The position numbers were made by a program, and so were the translations under genes. From positions 2,400 through 66,399 of the forward strand of contig JAMWCW010000001.1 in NCBI GenBank assembly GCA_023819145.1: DNA of 64,000 nucleotides, read 5' to 3'. The DNA comes from Candidatus Omnitrophota bacterium (GTDB lineage: Bacteria; Omnitrophota; Gorgyraeia; DTHP01). The notes below the pieces were generated by a model. That model had not been told where the DNA came from and ran no database searches. It saw only the letters and a list, made by a program, of their open reading frames with translations. Positions 18,504 through 29,400 of this stretch are shown here, in pieces; within the stretch, counting starts at the first letter, position 1, and every line of letters begins with the position of its first letter.

Positions 18504-20355
18504 ATTGGGGATTGTGGTCTTAATTTTTGGTCTGTTAGTCGGAGAGGGTGAGGCTTTTTATCTGGGAAAGAGTAATGATTATAATCTTCCTCCCGCAGGG
18601 GAGACTACGACTTTTATGCAGGCTAAGAGTGAAATACCGGCGATAACAAATGCCGCCTTACCTGATGTCTTAACCGATACAGATGGTTCCTTGGGGATTG
18701 ATGCTCCTTACTGCAAATATATTTTAATTTATAACCTTACTCCTTTTTACATTGCGTTGGACGATAATTTAAGCCGAATAATTGATAGTGCTTTAACGAA
18801 TTTTGGCATTGAGGACATAAGGTCCTATCTTTCTGCTTATAACTTAGAAATAATAGATTTAAGGTCAGCAATATTCCTCCTTTTAAAATCTCCATACTAC
18901 GTTAACGGTAACCTTGCCCTTCCCGATGAGGCACTTTCTGGTTTAGATTCAAGAACAAGTGCACTCTTTTTGCTTGCCCAAGAATTATCACAAATGATTC
19001 CTTATGCGGATAAAGAATATATTCGTAATTTTAATGTTTCTATTGTTGAACCTGATATAAAATTAGGGCTATCTTATGAGAAGATAAAAAGCGTATTTCT
19101 TCAAGTCCGTCAACAGAAGATATTAGAGGGAAAAGTTGATTATGGTGTGTTTTATAAATATAAAGATGAGATAGAGCGAGCAGTAGTTTCCGCAATTGCC
19201 GGTTTTAATTATTCATCAGATCGTTTTCATCTCCTCTCTGAAGAGATTACGCCTCAGGCAAAAAATGATTTTTATAATCGGATTAGATTCTGGTTAAAGA
19301 CGCAGGAATACATTCCACCTGAGATATTTTCTCTTGTTGAGGATAAGGCAAAGGAATTATTTGATTCTCTTCGAATTAAGAAAGGGCTATTTCCTACAAG
19401 CCCCTGGCAGGGAGAGATTGCCCAGATCTATCGCCTTTTTGGAGGCGAGATTCCCAATCAACTTGAGCGGGGGAAACTCTCTCCTTTTGCTGACTGGGGT
19501 GAGGATATTTATAAGCGTCTCTGGGATATTTCCAGTAATATTGAAAAAGCGTATTCTTCCTTTGGCGTTTTGCTTAAAGGTCCAGATATGACTTTGGAGC
19601 AGTTAAAGACAAAAATAGATTCTCTTGGTCCTGCAATTGTCGGTATAAATAGGGAAGGTAGAAAAGATTTTGTCAAGGTTTTAGAAATTTTCTCGCCGGA
19701 TAAAGGGGAAGGCACAGTAACTTGTCAAGATGCAAATGGAAATGTTTTTGCTCTATTGCTTGGTGAATTTTTTACTTATTGGGACAGGTTTGTTTACATT
19801 CCTGAAGAAAAAAGTATTTCGGCTTCGGTAATTTCTGATTTTGATTTTTCAAATGATAGATTTGGTTTAATTAAAGGTTATGGCCAGTGGACGATTAATG
19901 AATTTGATGATTTAAAGGCAAAAATTGGTATAAACACAAATATTCCTTTATCATCCACTTTACCTTATTTTTATACCCAATATCAGATTGGGGGAGAGAA
20001 AACTTACAAATATGCTGGCTATTTCCAGACTGGCATATGGCTTACTTTTAAAGAAGACATAAAGTCGCTATTATTACGGGGCAGTGCCTTAAGTTTTGAT
20101 GCTTATGTTTCCGCTTATCCAGGAATTAAGTATGTAAGGATAGAACTGAAAGAAGATGAAACAGGAAGAATAATTAGTGAATTCATCATCCCCCGCGAAC
20201 GCCTCAATTTAGCAAACTGGAATACTTTTAAGATTCCCATTCACTATTATCCTGCGGGAACATTAGTGCTTACTTTGGGGGTAATCGGAACCTATCCCGG
20301 TCTTTACGCCCCCCAGAACCATTTTCTGGCGATTGACCGCCTTTATATTGAATAG
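18487..20355 (+). CDS. Secreted protein with degenerate C39-like segment and C-terminal CBM-like beta domain
   Basis: Signal peptide; GPAIVGI...DFVKVLEI...GEFFTYWDRFV; LSFDAY...VRIELKE...WNTFKIPI; overlaps the upstream gene. Confidence 0.55.
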   Translation: MITRDKLGIVVLIFGLLVGEGEAFYLGKSNDYNLPPAGETTTFMQAKSEIPAITNAALPDVLTDTDGSLGIDAPYCKYILIYNLTPFYIALDDNLSRIIDSALTNFGIEDIRSYLSAYNLEIIDLRSAIFLLLKSPYYVNGNLALPDEALSGLDSRTSALFLLAQELSQMIPYADKEYIRNFNVSIVEPDIKLGLSYEKIKSVFLQVRQQKILEGKVDYGVFYKYKDEIERAVVSAIAGFNYSSDRFHLLSEEITPQAKNDFYNRIRFWLKTQEYIPPEIFSLVEDKAKELFDSLRIKKGLFPTSPWQGEIAQIYRLFGGEIPNQLERGKLSPFADWGEDIYKRLWDISSNIEKAYSSFGVLLKGPDMTLEQLKTKIDSLGPAIVGINREGRKDFVKVLEIFSPDKGEGTVTCQDANGNVFALLLGEFFTYWDRFVYIPEEKSISASVISDFDFSNDRFGLIKGYGQWTINEFDDLKAKIGINTNIPLSSTLPYFYTQYQIGGEKTYKYAGYFQTGIWLTFKEDIKSLLLRGSALSFDAYVSAYPGIKYVRIELKEDETGRIISEFIIPRERLNLANWNTFKIPIHYYPAGTLVLTLGVIGTYPGLYAPQNHFLAIDRLYIE

Positions 20356-20387
20356 AAAAACAAAAGCGAAAAAAAATCTTCCCTCCC

Positions 20388-20416
20388 TTGACGATTGGCA
20401 AAAAATATGCTACATC
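20388..20416 (+). promoter_or_regulatory. Putative sigma70 promoter for the giant gene
   Basis: TTGACG-17-TACATC with TG; shares TTGACGATT...ATGCTA with the 14212 promoter. Confidence 0.45.
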
Positions 20417-20479
20417 TTATATGGAAAATAAAAAATTAAAAACATACATAATTATTACCTTATGGCTAAAAGGTAGAAA

Positions 20480-23400
20480 ATGAAATATTTATTTTATATA
20501 AAAATTGCACTAGACAATTCCCTAGCGTATTTAAGGGAGGAAAGGGAGGAAAAACGGATGAAAAATTTGGCAAAGAAAATAATTAGCTTACTACTCGTGG
20601 AATTATTCTTATTTTCTCAGACAAATTTTGGACTTACAACTCTTTTATCACCTCCACCACAACATTTATCAGTAAATAATAATCAAGATAATCAAACTCT
20701 CTTATTACCACCACCTCTTTGTGTTGATCAACAGTCATCTTTTCCCTCTTCTGTGGTGAATATACCTGAGGAGAGGATTAGAGCAGAACTTAAACCTTTG
20801 ATTGAAAAATATCTTGAAGATACCAATAGATCGTTGAATGATTTGAATACTGTAGTTAATAATTTCAGCTATTTAGTAATAGGAGGAGATGATGGTTTAG
20901 ACCTTTTCGCCTTAGAGGAAGTAAAAGCCATATTAGAAGACTCTCTTACACGACAACTAGAAACCCCTTTAGCTCAGTTTTTAGGAAAAGCTGTGCTTGA
21001 TTTAAGCCAGCGCGAAGCGGTAGTTAAACTTTCTGCCTGGAGTGGTTTATATAAAGCGGTAGGAGGATTTTTAAACAGGGACTTAAAATTAGAAGATATA
21101 AAAGACCAAAAAGCGCTCAATGATTTTGCTTTGCTGATAGCAGAAAAAGGCTATGCTTTGGGGGGTATAAAAAGGGTTTTGGGAGATGAGAAGGTAAAAG
21201 CACTTTATAGTTTAGAGGAAATATGCAATCTGCTTTCCCAGTTGCGCGGAGGCGAAACAACCTTGACCTTATTACAGGCGTTAAACGGAAATTTGCCCTC
21301 AATAAACAATTTTACTCCTTTTTCAGCAATCCCAACTGGTTATGAAGGAGGATTCAGTTTATCAGGTAGCCGGCGTAGTCCAGCTGATGCGGAGATTGGA
21401 TTTATTGTGCCTTCCCTGGAGTTAACAAATATTGCCTTCAAGATAAAGATAGATTTAGAAGAAGGTAGTGTTATGCCCGCAGTTAAATTAGAACTGGTTG
21501 ATGCCCAGGGTAATAAAGCGACTACTACCTTAGATGAGGTTACAGATTCGGGTAAGGAATATACAATAAGTAGAGACAGAGATGATTTTAAAATAGATCT
21601 AATAACTACAGCATTTGACTGGAGTAAGATAGAACGAGTTAGCTTATTTTTAGTTACCGGTGGAAGTTCTCAAGGAAAAATAACCTTGAGTGGATTGGAC
21701 GCTTTTTTACTTAGAGAAAAAAAAGAAGAGGTGTTATCAGCCGAGAAAATAAACTTTTTACTTAATTATGGGCTTTTGGGACTTAAGAAATGGGAGTTAC
21801 CTCTGGATATAGAGTTTATCAAATACATCGGTCAACTTTTAGACCATGAAACTACACGGAAAATGGTGGCTAACTGGATGGCGGTTCTACCTTATGCTCC
21901 TCAGCTCATTTGGCGTGATTTGTTTATGGAGGGTTGGAATATTAAGGATGAAGGCATCTTGGGCTATCTTACACTTACTGCCTTAGAGAGGACCGGGAAG
22001 AATAAACTCAGTCCCGCAGAGATATTGGCGACCATTCAATCCCTCGTAAGTGAATTTGAAAAGGGTGATTTTGGGATAAGCGAGGATAGGGTCTTGGTGC
22101 AATTAATGGAGAATGCTTTGGGAAGAAAACTTGATTTTAAATCTTATATGGATGTTATGGCATACCGCTACTGGAGTAAATTAAGAGATTTATTGGGTCA
22201 GGAATTTGTTAGCGAAAAATTAAACAGCCGTAGTTTGGCTAAGAGCTTTCCAAAACTTGGAGATAAAATCGAACTCATAAGAAGATTAGCTTCGGCAATA
22301 GGATTTGATATAAAACTTATGACATCTAATCCTGATACTTGGGATTGGTTCTGGAAAGAAATGGCAATAGGCACCTCCCCAGATATGATTGTGGATATAA
22401 TTTGGGGAGGTTTTGTCTTTAAAGAATTACTCGAAGGAACTCTCTGGATAGGCGAAATAGATGTGCACCATCATATCGAACAGCCTTTCTGGAGATATTT
22501 TGTGGAATATCTTCCTTATTCCGGAGCTTCCAAAGAGCAGGTAGTGAAATTTATTTTAGAAAAATACCGAAATTTACCTTATGATTCGGTAGCAGTGGGT
22601 TTCCCGGAAGTAGCTTCCTACGGAATTACTACTGCAGGTAGAACTTCCTATAATGTAGAGGCGCAAGGTCATCCTTTTACCGCGGATGAAACTAAGAGAA
22701 TGCTTTTGCTTTATCCAGCGATAAACCAGTTACTTTCCCAATTAATCGGTCTTCCTCAGCAAACCGCGCCTGTTTTGAGCATTAGAAGTTTCTTCACCGA
22801 TGAGCTTGATAGGTTGTTAAATTATTTTCTGGAAGCGCGGGATTTCTCCAGCGGAGCGATGGCTGATGCCTTGAGTGGAGTAGATAATTCTACGGCTGCC
22901 GGAGGATTTTTAGTGATGGCGGCAATCATTGCTGCAGAAGTGGGGAAGATATCAAAAGATGAGGCTAATAAGATTATTGGTAATTTCGTAAAATTTATCT
23001 CCGTGACCCAGAAGATGCATGGTTTGCTTTCCCATTATACACGGGGAGGAACAGCAGAGCGTGCAGGAAATTCAGAGTTTTCACTTATTGATACTTATTT
23101 AGCAGTTTCCGCACTCATTGCTTACCGAAATTGGCAAGGTGCAGAACCTGAAGTAGTAAAAGCAATTAACGCTTTTTTAGGTGCGGTTCAACTGGAAGCA
23201 TTGCAGGTACAGGCTAGAACGACAGGACTAATGGCCCGGGGTGGTATTTTGAACTTTGGGGTTACACCCGAAAGGGGTTTTACCGGAGGAATAGTAGATT
23301 TTTATAACGAATATATTCTCTGCTATCTTATTGCCATTGGTCAGACAGATAATCCAAATTTTGCCAGAGATATGGCTTTTTGGTTCTATAAAGGCATCAC

Positions 23401-26400
23401 CCGTAAACAGGGAAGCGGTGTTTCGGAAGAAGCATTTACTTATCCCTTTGAGAACTCGCTGTTTCAGTTTCAATATCCTTTGGTTTTTCTGCCGATGATG
23501 TTTTTAAGCGACATTGGTAGTGAATTCGGCACAACTGACTTGAATCATTTTCGTAACGCCGTAAGCGCCTTTTTAAATACCCATGCCACTGCGGTTAAGG
23601 AAGGAGATAAATTTCGCTCTTTTAACTATCATTCTTGGGCGATGAATGCTTCCGCTGCTTTAGCGAGTTATTATTCAATGGTTATAGGGATGCCTCCCCG
23701 GGATAAAGATGGAGGGAAGAGTTATTATGATGGTACTATTTCTCCCAATGCTACCTTTGGCGGTTTGCCGTTTATGCCTTATCTTTCTTACCAATCTCTG
23801 CGCTATTTGACACTTGCTTTTCCCCAGGCACAGGGTAGATATGGGTTTGTGGATTCGCTAAATCCCGAAAGAAACTGGTTTTCTCCCACCTATTTCAGTT
23901 TAGGTCAGGGGCTTGCTTTAATGGGTATCTGGGATACGCTTAATTACGGAAGATTAGACCGGGAATCTGCCTGGAGCCTAAATTTAAGAGATAAATTCTA
24001 CCTAAAATCTTTGTTTGAATTAGGATTTAGAGAAGATTTAAGCCCGCAGTTTAGTGCAGTATATCAAGAGCTAATAAACGGTGCTTTAGGGATAGAGGAA
24101 GCAGTCAAGGCGATAGTTACGGAAAAGGATTATGCTGTTCTTCGGGAATATCTTACCAGTAAAGGATTAGATACTACTGTTTTGCTTCAGAAATGGCAGG
24201 AAATTGGTCCTTGGGGTTCAAGTTTAGAAAGAGGGGCAGTTATTTCCTTTATTCGGTCTAAAATCGCCGATGGCAGATTGGATAATGCCGAGATTCAGGA
24301 AATTCTGAGGCAAGCAAGGAGTATTGCTGATTACAACCTCATTGCCGAAGTGCTTTTGGGTGACCCTCAAAAAAACAATGGTTTAATGCAATGGGCATAT
24401 GATAAAGAGAGGAATATCTATAAATTAAAATCCGATGAAGGTAGCCCTAACTATCTTCTGTTTCCGCTTCTAATGCAGTTGAGAATAGAACAGACCAAAT
24501 TGACTTTGAGTAATGTTTTCTCCGAACCGGAGATAGTTGGCAAACAAGGCCTTGACCTTGCTCAAGCCTATCTGGATAAGGTAGAAGAAATTGCTCGCGC
24601 TGCCCAATTACCTGATGAACGGGCAATTTTTGCTTTTCAACATTTTACAGAGAAGGCAGAAGGATATTATGCAAAAGCGATTGAGATATTGCAGGGTTTA
24701 ATTGATGGTAAGATTGATTCTTTAGAGGAAGTTAGAGCCCAAGCACTATTATTTACCGCTTACAAGAAAAACTGGCAATATGACCAGCAGAAAGAAGCAT
24801 TTAAACTCTTAGCCCAGGCAGTAGAGGGTAATGTTACTTTTAGGACAGAGGCAATAGATATTATCGCCTCTTATTTTGGTAGAGAAATTCTTGCTGATTA
24901 TTACCAAGCATGGGTCCATCCCCAAAAAGCTCTTACTTCAGAACAGGAGACAAAAGTAAAGGAGGCGATAGCCACTGCTCTGCAATATCCTGACCCCGAT
25001 AATCCTCCTGCTGGGAAAAGTTATGTAGATGTTTTGCTTAATAATAAGATTTCCCTTATCTTTTTTAGGGAAAAATACTTAAGGCAGCCGGTAGTTATCA
25101 ATCCTTATGATGCTACGCAGGCCGGGCAGATAGGCTATTTTGTAACTCAATTGTTCACCAAAGGGGCAAGCGAAGAGCAAATAGTGGGAATGTTGACCGA
25201 GATGCTCAGGTATAAACCTTTGGTAGAATCTGTTTTGGGAAGGGAATTAGACCTTCAGAATAACCGCAATGATTTATATTTGCTTTCCTTAGCGGTTGCA
25301 CTTTCTCTACAAAATCTTCCTGAAGCGCGCATTGCAGAAATTATCGGAGGGACTATAGTTTCTCCAGAGAATTTAGAAACGGCAATTGCAGCGGTTCAGA
25401 ATTTTATGCTTGCCCGAGATTTAAGGGCTTTTGTGGATAAAACCTTACAGCTTTCTCGCTATCTGAGAAATAAAGAAAATGTTCAGATTGCTTTTGATCC
25501 TCTATTAGGAAAGTTTTTGGGACAGGATTTGCCCACAGAAAAATGGACCGATTTTCTTATAGATATCTTGACTGTAGATAATATAGAGGAATATTTGACT
25601 TACAAGGTCATTGGGGAATTAAATAAGATTGAAAAGATAAATATTGAAAAAAACGCTTTTTATGAAAGGAGGACAACCCGCTATCGCTATAAAGATGCCT
25701 ATTTTGGTGACAATACCAATCTGGATTTGGAAAATGAAAGGGTAAGAGAAATACTTGATAAGGCTTTTATTATTAAAGCGGAATTAGAGGCTATCTATCA
25801 AACTATAATAAATGTAGAAGAATCATCTCTTGACCATCTTTTACTTACTTCTTTGGTACGGCTATCTTTAGATTCAAAAGTGAATATAGAGGAGTTATTA
25901 GGCTCATTTACTGCTACATTGAGAAGTAAAGGTATGGTTGAGGAAAAAGCGCAGAAAATCTTTCTTACCTTTATTTTACCCAATATGCCTTTGAGTTTAA
26001 TAAGCAGAGAAGGTTTTGAACAGTATGTAGCAGATGTTGTTCAATTGGCAGGAGAACTGCGTCTTTCTCTTTCAACTGCAAAAGATTTAGCCGTGGTTTC
26101 AAGTATAGTTAATCTTAAATATGCGGGGATAGAGAGTATTCCTCAAGATATAAAAGAATTATCAGTCCACTACCAAGCCCTTTTGCGGAGTCCGAAATTA
26201 GCCGATTTAAGAACTGCCCTTGGCCCTTGGGCAGGAGTAGTTTTGCCCGAGTTAGAGCGGATATTGGGCATAGATTTAACCCTTGCTACTGGAGAACAAA
26301 TTTCCCAAGCAAAGCAGTGGCTTAATGTTTTAACCCTGCCTGAATTTTCTCAAGTAGCTTCTGCGGATATAGATTTTCTTAAGGTCTGGGCGAATATTGC

Positions 26401-29400
26401 GAAAGAAGCAAAAATTATTGCCCAACTAAGAAAAGAATTAGAAGGATTTAAAGATTCTGCCATTAGGTTCTTGGAACAATATGTTCTCGGTGAAACCTTC
26501 AATTCTTCTAATCCACAACATCAGGAGAAATATTGGGAATGGATAGGATATAGAATGCCTTATGTAATGGAATGCATGCATAAGTTTATGAAATTAGATA
26601 CTGTTGAAGAGCAGAAGAAGATGTTTGTTCTGGGAAGTTCAGTTGATGCCACCATATTCAAACTTTCTACTCCTCAAACGCTTACTGTTTTGAGGCGTAG
26701 AGAGATTAGCCCTGTGGTTCAGGCATTGTATGGTGAAGGGGATATAAGAGAAGCCTACCGTTTTGGGGATAGCCCGATTACTGAGGACAATTATGCCTAT
26801 CGAGCACTGTTAAGCTATTATGCGGAATTGACTGACAAAGAAGGCAATTACCTTCCCTTATCTTTACTGGCGACTACTCTTCTTTTAGAAAAGGAACTGG
26901 TGCGTGATGCAGGATTAGAAGCGCTTTATCAGGCACATTTTAATCTTGTTACCGGGCTTCCCACAAGAGAGGGAGTTCCGCTTACCGGAGCGATAGATGT
27001 TTCGGGAATTAGCGGTTTCTATGTGAGCCAGATGGAACAATGGGCGGGTTTAGGTGCATTAGATTATCTTTTGGCATATTTAATGAAAACAGTTTCTCTT
27101 AGCGAGGCGGAGAGGTTTGTGAATATGGGAGTTGCTTCGGCTATTGATGTATTTTTAACTACCGGTCAATTACCACCAATCCAAGGATTACCTTCAGGAA
27201 TTATGGAGATATTCGCACCAGCGTTTGGAGACTGGCTGTTGTGGATTAAGGAAAATTATGCTAAGGCACTGCTCGGATTTTCAGAAGAAGATGTAAGGAG
27301 GATAATTAAAAATGATACTTTTGGCTTTATTACCAAAGCGCTTAACCAGGCATATGCCTTAAAAGAGAGCCTTGCCAGCGGAGATTCGGCAAACATAGAA
27401 TCTGTTTTAGTAAAATTATTTAATTTAGATGGCAATCCTGCGTTAATGGAACATTTAAGAAAATTGTTGGAAGAAGATTATAATCCAGAAGACTCAGTAA
27501 AGGGATTTGATTCCTTGCGCTTACTTGCTCAGATTGCCCAGATTTCTACAATAGTACGACCCTCTGAGGACGGGAAGTTCCAGAATACAAGTATAGGAAG
27601 AGTGGGGTTGAGAAAGGAACTGGAGATTTTAAGCGCCGTAAGGGGAATTGTAGAAAAAGAATTCGGCACACTTGATTTATTAAGGAGAATAGATGCAGTT
27701 TGGGTTATTTCTGGTTTTGCCACTCCGGTTATCTATGGAGAGAAGACCATTGGTCAAATAGAAACCGAGATTAAAAAGATAGCCACTGCTTACCGTATGC
27801 TGAGAACGGTTTTACCTCAGGAGGTTTTTGCAAGTACTGACCCCTTGAGTTTACTCTCCAGTCCCTTTATGTCAGGGGTGCTTTCTTTTATTAGCCAGAG
27901 ATTGCCAAGTCCTGCATTTAACATTACTTTTGATGTGGACTTAGAATACATTGTTGCTTACTTAACCGATGCTCAAGAAAAGCAGAGAATCGATAGGTTA
28001 TATAAGGCAATAGTTGATGATAAAGAAGGAGTTTTAAAGTCTTTCTTGATAAATCCTGTAAATACCAAGGATGTAAACCAGGCAGGCTTTGTCAGCGCTC
28101 TGGTAAATCGTGCTTGGAGACTGATAAAGGATAAAGGTTTAACTGAAGAACAGGCAATTGGAGAAGTAAACAAATGGCTTGAAGGAATTAGAGAATTTTT
28201 GGTATCCGCAGGGCTTCATACCGCGGATTATGTGGCAGAAATCATTGCTGATTATCGTAAGATGGGGCTCTGGTCGTATTACTTGTCGTTCATTAATCCC
28301 GTGGCTGAACAGGAATTAGCCCATGCACAATTTTCACCCACTTTTCCTGATTTTGTTTCCCGTTACAATTATTCCTTAGATGCTTATCTTCAGACGCTTC
28401 CTAATTACTCAAGGATACCTGAGGCACAGCGCACAGAATTAAAAAGTTTATGGGATAAGGTGTTAAGTAATCCTACAAATAGTGGGGCTCTGGAACGCTT
28501 TAGAGATGTCCATGAGAGGATTACGGGTTATTCTGCGCGTGTTTTTGTGGAAAATTTTGTAATTGACCAAGTTTTAAAAGGGAAAGATGTAAGTAGTTTA
28601 ATTGCTGTGGCTAATGGACTCTGGAGTGATTTTAGAATTAAAGATTCACGAGATTTAGAGAAAATTATCTGGCAATTGGGTTATAAACCTGATTGGTCGG
28701 ATAGTGATTGGCAGAAATTTAAGGCGCTTTATGAAAGATACTTAGAAACCACACTTTTTACCTCACAAGCTTATGTTTTGCCCACAGGAGAAGAAGCGCA
28801 AGCCTTAGAACTCTTCCTTAGTTATTATCTCTCTTCTCGTTTAGGAGAAAACCGCATGAGTTCTTTAGAGGCAATGCGTTTCCATCAATGGGCGGTTTTG
28901 GTAAATACTTTCGGGAAAGGAACTACTATTGAAGAAAAATGGGAAAACTTCTTTAAAGAAGTTGTTTTGCCCATGCGTCAGGAAATTGAAGCTTTAATGC
29001 CTGATTATTTTGGACGTGACCCAGTAACTGGAAAAACCTATTTTGATAAATACAATCCCGTGCATGGAGGGGTAGTAGCTTACTTTATTGAGCAGGCACT
29101 GTTTAAGATGTTTATGAATAGAGAACAGGTGAACAAACAATGGAGTCAAATGCCTGCACAAAGAGGATGGCTGGTAGGCCCACGTTTTGACCAAAAAGGG
29201 AATAGAATCGCTCAGAAGGTTTCTAATCCATATAACAATCCTCAAGAATTCTTAAGACTTGTTTTGGATGAGGTTTTAGCAGACTTAAAAGTGGCGGTTG
29301 AACTTAAACCCTATGTAGAAAAAGCAAGGATGGCCTTTATTGATGTTACTGACCCAAGAATGGCAGGAATCTTATGGTTCCATGTAAATACGCTTAAAGA

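Noticed and set aside
20480-20557. ORF-track starts at 20480 (also 3371, 40500, 55681)
   Set aside because: Downstream ATGs (20558, 3398, 40530, 55762) put the signal peptide at the N-terminus, and the first three have clear RBSs
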